A stretch of DNA of 64,000 nt from Tubiluchus corallicola (Eukaryota; Animalia; Priapulida). This document shows positions 27,014 through 39,760 of the stretch, piece after piece. Each line of letters starts with the position of its first letter. Positions within the stretch are counted from its first letter, which is position 1. The notes beneath the pieces were generated by a model, which ran no database searches, was not told the DNA's origin, and saw only the letters and a list, made by a program, of their open reading frames with translations. A program made the position numbers and the translations under genes. Location: positions 248,001-312,000 of the forward strand of contig JAQGDQ010000023.1 of assembly GCA_030141605.1 (NCBI GenBank), given 5' to 3'.

Positions 27014-30000
27014 TATCAGCAACACTCCATATCAAACCACCAGGGGACCGGGTCTATAAGCATGCACTTCTACACTTGCCTGATTGATGCTCTTGCCTAG
27101 GCCTTCTGTAATGAGTTTACAAATTATAGCCATGGCTGACTTTGATCAAGCTTCCATTCTCCTCTAGCAACTAAGGCACTTAAGAAAATGAGAAGCCAAT
27201 TTGTCCAATTATGTCACCCAACATGTCATATAAAATGGCTTCAGATAAACTAACAGAAATATTTGAAGTTATCATCACCTGTAAAATAGGAAACTTTACG
27301 CCACTATGCTCCCGCCAATACTGATGTAGTAAAACTATGGCAACATTTTGGTAAAGCCCGAGAATTTACACAAGTTCTAAACTTGTTAATCTTCATACTG
27401 TACAAAAGCATTATATACAATAAGAGTTTAAAATAAGGTTAGTTTACTTTTCATTCATTAAGTCAGAATTCAGAAAGCTGCTAAACTTTACAACTAATAA
27501 CATGGTACAACCCTTCTCTCTCAAGTGATGGCTACCAGATAAGTTGCCTCCTGAAAACATGAATTTTGGCACTTTGCCCGGAAATTATAAGAACTCGACA
27601 AGCCTGTATTCTGACAACAACACTCACATAAATCTTTCAGAAATCATTATAAGACGCCATAGCTCATTGCTGCTACACAACATACATACACCTGCAGACC
27701 ATGCCACATCTCATCTATTTCCACGGTAACGCGAACTTCGTTGCCATAGCAACAACAAGCTATCCTAATTGACCTTTCGACGGCAAATAGAAGCGCAGAT
27801 TCTGCATGAGTTCCGCTGCCGCTACAGAGGGGCTTCATTTCAACAAAAGCAAGTGATAACAATTAACTGATGCCAGGTCATCTCAAGTTTAGCAAGAAAA
27901 AGTGAAAAGAAACCAGGAAAACGATTCTTACGTGAAGTGCTGGCTTGGTAAAGCAGCTAATGAAACTCTCAACTCACAAAAGACGTATTGAATCTTTTCG
28001 TAATGCTCAAAGTCAATAATTAATTAACTTTCTCAGATGTGTATTGTTCAATTAATTAAGCCGCGTTGAAATTGAGGTCGCTTTTTTCAACATCTCTCTC
28101 TAAGCCCGCCTTTCACGTTTTCGCTAAGCTCAAAACCCACGTGTCAAACAATTTACGCGAATGATCTGAATCACTATCAACTAAAATTTTGGAGAAACTT
28201 AACTGAAAGCAAACCGACGACAGTACGGTAAACTCAAAACAAGAACGTGAAATGACCTTTAGACGGCGCACTAGCACAGTTGCAGAAACTGCTGGACAAG
28301 AATTGACTTCTCAAAATGACTAAACAGAAATTAAGATGTTTAAAGACTATGAGCTCAAAACTGACATATCTACAGTAAAGGATATCTCACCCGCACAAGA
28401 TATTAGTATGCCATTCCGAAATAAACAATTATTTCTCGTATCTCAAAAAAAATTTGAACATATAATTTATTTCGAGATGTCACACCTTTCCCTCAAACCG
28501 AAAACTCCCGCCTTTGAACCTGAAAATAACAAAACAAAGCCAAACAAAAAGAACTTAGTCGCCTGGGGCGATTGGGGTAAATTGGAGTAGGGGATAAGTC
28601 AGTGTCAGTGACACCTGCTGACACAGATAGTTACTTGTTGCCGCTGTGTGCCTCTACAGTGTCTGAAATTTCACATTGAAACAATAGACAGGTTTTACAC
28701 AGGTGTACAAGCAGGTTTTTGAACTGTGACGAGTTTGCTAAACTTTCGGGCAGCAATCAAGCTTGGAAAAACTTGTAAATAGAACCGGAAACTTTAAACA
28801 ACCAAACTTGAGTACAGTGCAAACAAGACAATCAGATAAACCCACAGTTAATCTTGTTTTAATTCAAGCGTTTATCATAATTGTGGTTTGAAAACCTTTA
28901 AGCAACGTTACAACAGTTACACTAAAGTTAGCTAACCAGTTATCATAGCAATTACAAATGTGAACGACCAAAAGCTGCGTTTAGTCACAGTTGACACAGT
29001 GTATGCAAATAAAATGTACAATTGTAACTTTACACGGTTAGCCATAAAGTCTGAACGCACAAAAGGGTCTCATGTCAATTTCTTAATAGTCTGATATGTC
29101 ACAGAAATTAAGTTCCATCAAAAAGGTAAACTTATAGTAACACCTTTTTGCCAAATTTATTCACAGTTAATTTGAAAGGAGAAATTACTTGTACTTTGTT
29201 GGTGCAAAAGCTGAAAGTTGTTGGTGCAAAAGCTGAAAGTAAAAACAGTTTGCACGGCTCGCTGAATCCGACTCAAGCAAAAACTTTCATTAATAGGAAA
29301 TAACAAAAAGAAAAATGGGTTCAAATAACAAAACTTGCGAAGGAAATAAATGCTATGAATAGCACACAGATGTAGATAAGTGCGTTAACAAGTGATAACA
29401 GCAAAATAACTGCAACAGCTCGCGTCTCCCTGATGACAAAGCAAGCAAGGCTACGCCAGTACCGGAAACTGTACCAAGATAAGGCTTATCTTAATTAACC
29501 TTGATAATTAATATGGGTCAAACCAAAAACCTTTTCTATTTGGTGAGAATATGAACACTTATGAATCTACCATTACGCATATACAAAGGAAAAGAGCACC
29601 AAAAGCCAATGTGGCAACATAACCGTGTTACATAAAGCCTAGGTTTAATATACAGTCGTACACAATACTCGTCTATGCATATACACAGATTAAAGCAGCA
29701 CTACCCTACAATTTAAATGAGAATGCAAAAGTAATATTTTGTAGTTCCAATTTGACAGAAGATCCACTTTGGTGCTATTTCTAGCCTGATGAAAGTTGAC
29801 AGGTCAGCTTTACCTATAGGCGTTCACATCCTCTACGCTAGATTCGAAAAAGTTCGTTATCGAAATGAAGCCAAGCACAGAGATACGGCATCAGGCGAGA
29901 GTTAATCGCACAAAATCCTTCTACCCCGCTGGCTATACAAGACGTCAATAAGGTTTCTAAAAGCAAAGAATTTTTTCGGAATGTCTAATGAAACCGTCTC

Positions 30001-33000
30001 GTGAACTCTGCAAAATCAATGCGTCTGATAGCAAAATAAGAAAAATCAACAGAGTTTTGGTGACTGGTTTTGTTTGACGAATGCAAGCGAGTTGAAAACG
30101 TCCGCATACAGAACAAACAGTGCCATTAGGAAAAGGAAATGCCAACAGGAAGTGAACCGTTTGCTTTGGTGTCATTTTCATTACACACAACATCTAAGCC
30201 AGCTTAAACACTCTGAATTTAGGTTAACAACTTGCTATACGTTAATATAAACTCTGAAAATTGCAAACAAATAAATGCCATGTAATTTTAGCTGGGTTTT
30301 GTATAATCTAACCTTGGATTATTTGTATTCGCAACTTAGGAGCTTCAGAAGTTATAGCTGTACAAGGACTAAATAATGTTAAACTTCGCTGTCAAATAAA
30401 GCAGAAGCAGGTTTCGCAACTTCGTCTACGTATTCAGAGTTTGTAAAAACTTCAACCAATTCACCACGTACATGAATGCCTCATTGCATCAACTATTCAA
30501 AGACTGAAAAAAAATTAGCGCAAGGCGAATGCAAATAACGGAATCTCTCACACCCGACTGCGGCGCAAACTCGGGACAAATTATTACACACATAAGCTGT
30601 ACATCAACCACATAAGAAGAAGTATTTAATCACGATAATCTTTCTAGGCTCAAACCAACCGCTAACATTATGGCAATCGAAATAAGTTTGGCCCTACAAG
30701 TCATTGATTTTGTATCCAGTTACCTCTACAACTATCATCACTATGGGAAAACGCCAATGAAAACAATTTCAGTCTTTTTTAAGATAAAGTATCTTCTAAT
30801 CAGAGATGTTTTCTCTAATTAATTAATAAAAATGTTCAATTCTTTAGATATTTTGCAATTTACTAAGCGGTGAGAAACGACTTTTGCTTTTTTGAATAAA
30901 GAATACACTCGCTCGGCTCACAAAACGCTCAAACACCATGGCATACCGATGCTGCATTTGATAGCTGGATAAAAACGATTGATACAACTTTTATTCAGCA
31001 CAAGTGCTAATGATCACCTCAGAACTCGATCACTCATTCACAAGTCTCGTAATGACTTCGTCCTATATAGCGATTTAGAATCAGATTAATTATTCGTTTG
31101 CATTTATACAAAACTGGTATAAAACTTGCTTAAGTTCTACGTATACAAAAATGGTATAAAACTTACTTACACTCTAGCGCCTTTTCACATGTATTTCGAA
31201 TCAAAACCAAGATAAGTAATATAGTCGTACCTTTTTCTATAAACTTGTTTCCAGACGAACTCTTTTTGTATTGATTCTAACCAAGTTGCCTTTATAAACT
31301 AAAGTTCGATATAAATTACAATTTATTAAGTTGCCTTAATTAATGACCAATGCTCTCTTTTTCAACACCAGTTTATAAATAGGTTACACTTACGTGATAA
31401 ACCGTACCAAAGACTTTCAATAATTTCATAAACTAGACAGCTTATACAGCGTATCACCAAATGCGGAAATCAATGCAAAATTGTCGCTAATATTCATACA
31501 TGTATGAGCGAAAGGGTTTTGCCAGGAGGTACTTGTCCATGCTATCGTCACTGTTCACTGCTCTAGATATACCAGGTCCCGCGAGCTAGAGGACACTGCA
31601 CCCCATTCAGTGAAAGTGGATTACAATATCGATCAGCTGTGCACGAGAGCGAACACCGGGATGATCCACCCGATAAACACTAAACGCATGGTTAGGAAAG
31701 CTAAAGCGTTATAGAGGCACTTCACTAATCACGACACATAAGAAAAAAAGGCCTAGATGTCATTGGCATTTTTGAACATCAGCGGTAATTCCAGCTATTG
31801 CCCTATCTAAAACAAGACAGCTATCTATCTAAAACAAATAATTAGGACTGCGCGGTTTTTTCACACAAGACTACAGATAAACATACTGATGACTCATGTG
31901 CTTGCTGTGGTAGAGCGCAACAGCTAGCCGCATAAATAACATATACTATAACACACCTTTTAATCTATCGAATTGTCGATAACCTTAGTTATAACCAACC
32001 ATAGCCACCTGTTTTATAAGTACAACATCACTAGAATTGTAAAAAACTACCTACACTGTTTAAACGTAACCTAACGGTGTTCATTCACTAACTTAATTAA
32101 CATCAATGTATAAATCCAAAATTGGCTATGTGATGTCTTAGCGTTTATCTATTTATAAAAGGACTAATAACTGCTAGAATGAGTTTGTCGGTTCCGCCAC
32201 CCTGTATGGAAGCGTGAACTTTTTTGCAATGAAATGTCGTCAAGAGACACGATCTTTAACCAGCAAACGGATCAGAGCCAAAGAACGTTACAGACTCACA
32301 GTGTATTAATGTAACTTCTAATTTTTGTCTTACTTTTGCCCAACAACCTGTCCTAAGTCGAGCATTAAATTTGGCAATGAAAGTTATTTTATGGACACTA
32401 GCAATTTTTTAGACTAGGACGCTCTTACTTTTAGAGAATTTTAGCAAATTACAAAGAAAGGTAATGTCTGCAAACACAGAGAAAATGCAGTATATTCACT
32501 TGAGCTTTCTAAAAACAGGTCCCCGAACCTAGTTTTTCCTAAAAATAGACATTTCGCTGGAACACTGCTTGGCAGTGTATCACATCCCACCCAGTAATCA
32601 TCTGTTTTTTTCATTGGTGTCTGCTTGCAGGGAAACTCGTGACTGTAACTAGGAAATAGCCATTGACTAACTATGTATAATTGTATATGTTATATTTTTA
32701 TATCAGTGATGGGTATACTACGTACATAATGACGCACATGCAATATACATGTACCATTGCGAAAAAATACACAGAGCGATTGAGTTTGCCTGGTGGGCCC
32801 ACGGGTCAATGTCATGTATTTGATACAGCAACGCAGCTGGCGCTGAATCAAGCAGTTCGCGACCGGGAATATGGCAAATGCTCCCAAGCAGGAAACCCAC
32901 CTGGTCACAGATCTTTTGTGAGCATACCCCACAATAAAGAAAGCACATTTTACTAGTGGAAAAAGAGCAACACAATAGCCAGTTAAACAGCGACGCCAGC

Positions 33001-36000
33001 AGCCGCTTGGTAGTGATGTTAATGAACCGATTTGTTACTTTCGACCATGAGTCTCCGTCACAAAACATGAAAGTAAACCTATAATTTTTGTGCTATATGG
33101 ATACGCAGACTAATAGATTGTTAGGGGAGAGTTTGGTTTGAAGTTCTGCTTCAAATGGCGAAAGAAAATTTTACATCCTCCATTGTATATGTCCAAGAAT
33201 TGCTCTATTAGTGGTTAATAAATAGATCAACATTCATCAAACATTTTTAATTTAAATTAGAAACAAACTGTTCAAAAACAGTCCATAGTACGCTTAAACC
33301 TTTTCACACAGTCTAAATCTGATACTGTGCTTGTAAATCAAAATCGATTGTAATTTGTAATGTATGTTTTGTATTAAATAAAAATGTTAAATATAAAAAA
33401 TCGATTAATATAACTCGCTTTTACGTAATAAATACAGCTCTAAGAAAATGTAGAGCTCTAAATTTACTAAACTAAGTTAAATAATATGTATGCTATTTGT
33501 GATTTCGAGTATTTATACGTTTATAATAGAAGTAAATCATGGAATACAAATTACACAATACTGAGTATCAGTTTCATTATTTCATAAATCAGACTGCTCG
33601 TAAGCGTGGTATAAATTATGAAACGAACTTTCGTTCGTGCAAAGTTATAAAACGTTCGGACATAAAATTTTAAACACAAAAGTTTTTAGTTAGTGAATGA
33701 TAATAGCAAGCGCTGAAAACGTAAAGACGTAGTGGAGTTAAACACAAACTGTAGGCAAATAATTGCCCGAGGGCTAGCGGCAGTCTATAAACTTAATAGA
33801 CTACACCGATTTATATTGCTTCATTTAATGTCTTTTTTATTGAAAGTTGACATAAATTTATCAATGCAGGCTTTTCTCAAGTAGGTTTATCACTACATGA
33901 CGGCTTATAGTCCTTATACAGACTGACATAGTCCGGTACTTCAGAAAGAGAGTACGCCATAAGCATGCCTGACGGGCTGCGCCAAAATCCATGCATAATG
34001 AATTCTGTTCGTGACAACGAAAAACCAAATTTCTCTTTGTTTTTAGCGACGTCATAGTCAAGTCAAATACAGTTTAATGCACCGACCACGTGCTCAAAAC
34101 AATACAGGCAGTTCACGCAATTATGTAATGTTTTTGCAGTCATACACACTCAATGCTCATTGGTTAAGTACAAAGTGCAAGGCCCAAGCAATGCTGCCGC
34201 GCATTACTGATAGCTGATAAGACGGGAAAAACATATCGAGCTATCTATGCTCAGACTCTCACAACATTAAACATTACGTTTACTCACATGCACAACAACC
34301 AATCGACAATATTAGTTGCTCAAATTTGTTTTCAGATAATTGGCAAGTGCTCTGTTATGCGGTAAGGAATGCCTCTGTCCCCCCCTCTGATAAACGTAAT
34401 ACTATGTTTAGAGGAACTCGAATACGAAAACGAAACAGCAATAACAAGTTGTGCAAAAACGAGAGAATTCTTTTCCTTAATGTATTCGCCGCTTATAAGA
34501 TGTAAAAGACGCTAATATATCAACCTGCAAAGTCTGCAATACAAACCTACCTTAAAAATTAAATGTCTGGAAATAATATTCATTTCTATGGGCCATGCAC
34601 GACATAATAGTACATGATATCGTTTATAGGGTGATATAGCTATCAGATTATTGAACGAAAGCAAACGGAAGCTAAGAATTAAGTTCTTTTCCTAAACAAT
34701 TGAGGACCCTGTTTCTCAATATTAATCTATATTGCATAGCCATACTGCAAGACTGGAGCAGGAAGACCTATTCCACGTTTAACTTTAAACAAACGCATAA
34801 CAACTTTGCCAGCTTGGCTTCATAGTTCCTATATAATGTAAAATTTTCAAATTTTTTCAAAAAATTACTGATTTTTTTCATATTTTGTTTCCATCATTTT
34901 TGTTAGGTGTGGAATTCTAGGCATCGACTCATAAGTTCATGACATTGAATGATTCGAAAACTAAAGTACCTACACTCACGAAAGCCTTGCAGGTGTGACC
35001 TGGAATAGGAAGTTCAGAAAATGGAAAATTACGGCAAACTGCTCAGTCACACATGAGTAAAGAGAACTGGACCAGGCATAATCAAGTGATAATTAGTCAC
35101 GAGCACCATACTCACTAATCAGTCACACATGATGCAGCTTTTAGTATACATTAAACCAGGCATCGTCAAGTGATAAACACGGTCATGCTCGCGGATTCGG
35201 ATCTGAATTCATTCATTATTGTTAAATACAGTAATTCAGTTAGTAATGGTTTGCATTAATGCAACTGATTAAACAGCTTTAAGAATCTTTACTTTTTGCT
35301 ACATAATGACATAGTCCTGGTTAATCAATGAACAACACTAGTCAGTATATTCCAACGCAGAAGGTAATATTTTTAAACTTATATTATTATAAATGCATAT
35401 GAGATCAAATTTACTTTGTTGACTAATATAGTAATTAAACCAATAGAAATCACAGAGGTTAAAATGTCAAGAAATTTCTGTTTGTCCTCCACGATCTAAC
35501 AGCATCAGCAATCAATGAATCCTGTAATAAAATTTCAATTGGTTCCACAGCAGCCATTTACATGCAGCTAAGTAGCGCCACTCTATTATGTCGTTAGCAT
35601 CCCAACAAGCAAAATCCGATGATATCCTTGGCGCCCAGTTGTTAGCAGCACTTTCACTTGCTAACTTTACCAGGCCGTGTAAGGTACAGCGTAAGATAAT
35701 ATAAATATGTTTGTTTATTATGGATTTAAACAAATGTATGTAAGTGAGTGGCTCTCCTGAGACTTGTTCATTTCAAGAAGTCCATGAAATTGCTCTGAAG
35801 TCTCACAGTCACTATTTAGGAACTTATATCACAGTCAGTCTGCTTTATTTGATAGACATGTATGATGCAAGTTATGTGAATAAAGTAATTTCGCGTCAGG
35901 ACACCAGGCTAACGACACAATCAAATTATAATCACTGATTTTTTTAGGGCTAAATTGATGAAAAGAAAGGAAATGTCTGTTGTATTGAGGCTAAATTTGA

Positions 36001-36774
36001 ATTAAGGACATTAAACCGCAACTCCAACCAGTCCTCGTACTAAAGAAGCCAATTCCACAGTTTACCAACCAAGTGTTTGTTTACGTACGATAGATAGCTT
36101 GAGCAGTTTCTAACCAACTAAGATTAATTTCGTAAGTAATGTAGAACTTGGAATGCTCCGTTGGTAATTAATTACCTATTTATCATCTTATTTGAAGAAT
36201 ATTAACGGCAGACTGAAACTGCAATAACCAAATTTTTGAAATTTTAACACTAGGCGGTTAAACTCATTAGTAGCTACCCTGGTTTGAGTAAATTAACTCT
36301 ATGAAATGCTGAAGTCATTCTTAAATATTGAATTTAGGATACTAGAATTAATTCCATTGTAGTTTAGTGATTCTGATTGTTACTGATTGTTCTACATCGT
36401 AAAACAGAACTTCACACGAGCTTGAAATTAAAATCACAAAAGCATACAGGTGCGAATTTAAAGACAAAAGTTTCTGGCATTCGGTCAGAAACGGAAAGCT
36501 TTGACGACAACAGTCAATTATGATTTAATGATTTTTAATGTAACTGCCCAAAAAATTCACAAACCAAAAGATATGCTTAGTTTACTCTTATTTTAAGTTG
36601 CAAGGCCTATTCCTGTAAATTAAATCAAACGTCTGTAAAAGAACATTAAATTATAAGTTAACAGGATAATTTATTTGGAAACCTGCTACTCGAATTTTTT
36701 AGAAAGTAGCAGCGATTGATGATCGTGTATGAGATCATGTATGACAGTGACTAAGTGAACAATAAAGAAATTTA

Positions 36775-37504
36775 GGAAAGTTTGGTCCAAGAAAGTTTAG
36801 TACATGTAAATTTGGTATAGGTGATTTTGGGTACGAGGAAATTTTGGTACCCAGAAAATTCTGTGCTAGGAATTTTTTATACGTGCTAATTTTGTTACAT
36901 GTAAATTTGGTGCTATCATCTTAGGGTGTAAGGAAGTTTTGGTATTAGGAAATTGTGGTAGTGGGAATGTTTGATACGAGGAAAATATGATACCAAGATT
37001 GTTTAGTATTAGGAAATATGGGTACAAGGAAGTTTTGGTACTAGGAAAATATGGTACTTAACGAAAAACAGAGCATTTCTGCGTCTCATTACAAACTAAT
37101 TGTTTCAACTATAAAATAAAGAAGTTTATTCATTAGGGAGGAAATATGGTACTAGGAAAGTCTGGTTTATTAAAAAGTTCATAAAACATTATACTGTAAT
37201 TAATGGTGCATGGCAGAGCTAGAATTTTATCCATGATTATCCCATCCATGCAGGTATATTTGAGATTTCTTTCAGCAAAAAATGAAAGGCCTCCAACTCA
37301 CCATGCAACCCATCTTTGCCATAATCATCATTGTTATCATCATCACTAGCATCAACGTTGTCATCATCAATATTATTGCTATTACTTACTGTGATCATCC
37401 ATCGTTATTTATTGGCACAACGGCAACAACAGTAACAGTGATGATGACGATGATAATTATGATCTTCACTGCTAACAATATTAACAGCAGCAACAACAAT
37501 AACA

Positions 37505-37535
<31 letters not shown>

Positions 37536-37596
37536 TTACAACAGCAACAAAATTACAAATGTAACAATGACAACAACAAAGACGATGATGATGACC

Positions 37597-37628
<32 letters not shown>

Positions 37629-38312
37629 GGTGGTGGTGGTGATGATAATGATGATGACAACCATGATGAGGACAACAAAAGCAGCAAGCAAGAACTAACA
37701 TACAAGAAGAATAACAACAGCATCAGTAACAAAAACAATGGCAACAACAACAATGACATCGGCAATAACAAAGCAACAATAACAACAGCAACAAAATGGC
37801 AAAAGTAACAATGGTGATATGATGACAGCAATAATGTTGATGATGGTGGTGGTGGTAGTTATCGCAACAAAAGAGTGAGCAAGAAACAGACAAACAACAA
37901 CAACAGTGATAAACAAGAAACAACAGACAAACAAACAAAGAGGAAGCGAACAAAAACAAATAAAAAATGCAACAATGAGCCTCTGCAACTTGTTTGAGTA
38001 GGTTATAATAAAACGTACTTTTATAGTACCAAACTTTCCTTGTACCAAACTTTTTCTGTACTGAATTTTTCTAGTACCAAATTTTCGTAGTATGAAACTT
38101 GTTCTGTGCCATTATTTACCTTGTACCATTACCTGACAAAACTTCGTTAGTACCATATTTACCAGTACCGTACATTCTCTGTAACAAATTTTCCAAGTAC
38201 CAAAATTATCATGTACCAAAAATTCCTAGTACCAAATTTTCCAGGTACCAAAAGTTCCTTGTATCAAAATTACCTGTACCAAACTTACTAGCACCAAACT
38301 TACCATGCACCC
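36775..38312. mobile_element. Foldback-like element: inverted arms of ~15-16 bp repeats around a microsatellite-rich spacer
   Basis: Left arm ~36775-37165 has ggtac..ggaaattt units. Right arm ~38024-38312 has the reverse-complement units (gtaccaaatttt..). Confidence 0.65.
37320..37980. repeat. Compound trinucleotide microsatellite (ATC/AAC/GAT/GGT)
   Basis: Directly visible. It produces the spurious poly-N/M/V/H ORFs in the track. Confidence 0.9.
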
Positions 38313-38949
38313 AACAAAGACCCAGCAATTTGCTGCAAATTATTCACATTTGTCTCCATAATATTGCTGCACCACATCCTCTAAAAACCCATTTGCACTA
38401 TCATGTTATACATTTCAAGCAAATAGTTCAGAAAAATGTTTATGCTTGACGTGTCGAAAAAGGGATCTTGAATTTATGATCAATTGCCCCTGATAATTCC
38501 CAACTCATGAATTCAAACGAAACAGACAGATTGCAACATTACCACATGTGCGTGTACACTATAAATATTATTATTATGTAGCTACATGAGTACCTAGTTA
38601 ATCTACGGCAAGCCATCTCCAATTTTTTGAGTCCACGATTCAGTTCATGAACGTAACTCGAACGTGTCTGCGAATTTCTCTGGCGTTTTATCCACAAACT
38701 ACTAGTACTAGTACCCCAAAGGGCAGTAAGATTCCAAAAGTGTTTTGTATTCTGACATTCTCGTCAACTTTTGTCACATACCACATGACAACTGATATGT
38801 GTGTTTTATCAAGTTACACTGTGTTATGATGTGTCATGTTTGCAATTTAGTAAAAACGCCAGTTATCATAGAAACCTGCTCACTTACAAGTGCAAGGAAC
38901 CGTTGACTCGATGGTGATAATAAGGCGTAGATAGTATTGCTGCACTTAC

Positions 38950-39069
38950 CCCAACTTGCATCATAACTTGTCCCATCACAACCATGCGATGTTTTACGTC
39001 TTTTAATAAAGAAAGTATTTCATTTCTATAAGTCCTGTCCTTCAGAATTTGTAGTCTGCTATCCGCCAT
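38950..39069 (-). CDS. Candidate first coding exon of the FBXL gene: MADSRLQILKDRTYRNEILSLLKDVKHRMVVMGQVMMQVG
   Basis: agtATGG Kozak context, GGG|gtaagt donor in phase 0, just downstream of a CpG-rich promoter-like region. No homology recognised. Confidence 0.4.
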
Positions 39070-39559
39070 ACTGTACTAAACAGCTGCAGCTGTGGTGATG
39101 TTCTAAACGTTGATTGGCCAACACACTAACTGCTGCTGACGATGCCATAGTGAGCTTCGAAAAAAAGCCAGTTATCTTTGGCTTCGACGGGCCTTCGACA
39201 CAATTTTCGAATAAGAAAGTAGTAATTAATATACAATTACGATTTCTTTGAAGTATTAACCGTTCACAGAATAAATTCACGTCCTGGTCATAGCTTTCGC
39301 AGATGTAGAAAGGTTCAAAAATCTCAAGCTGTAACAAGCATCAGCGAAACATCACGCGGTTGAAGTGTAAACTCACTGACAAAACTCTAACTCGCAAAGA
39401 ACCAAATGCGTCAATACTTCACAAAGTGCTCAGTTGACAGTTAAGAACAAAGAAACCCCAGTGAACTTCGTTTGACACACGCGAGAATGAAGCCAGTTCC
39501 AAGAGTTGTGATAAGAATCAAGGAAGCTGCTGCCCAGCTGATAATCTCAAAACCTGGCA

Positions 39560-39760
39560 AACTGACGATCGATATGCGTGTGCGTGTATCGGTAGAGCGA
39601 GTGGCTTCAACTATAGAAAATATTGCGAAGACGGCGGCAGCAATCCGGGGCGGACCTATATAAATAAAACCCCCAAAAACATGCGGGGGTAACAGCATCG
39701 ATGGCGGAGACTTTATAAATTTCAGCGCGTGTGATTTTTTAGCTACGAAAACCAAAATGA
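39560..39760 (-). promoter_or_regulatory. Candidate distal promoter of the FBXL gene
   Basis: Local CpG/GC enrichment, GGGCGG box near 39648, TATA-like tatttatatagg on - near 39655-39666, DRE-like TATCGATC near 39570. Confidence 0.35.

Noticed and set aside
32681-33068. Three overlapping ORFs
   Set aside because: Non-ATG starts or no recognisable domains, and no supporting splice pattern. Explained by locally higher GC.
37282-38048. Long ORFs with poly-N, M, V, H, P and C runs
   Set aside because: By-products of trinucleotide microsatellites, open in several frames on both strands.
39441-39755. 104-aa hydrophobic ORF and an overlapping + strand ORF
   Set aside because: Non-ATG starts in a GC-richer promoter-like region, with no recognisable homology.
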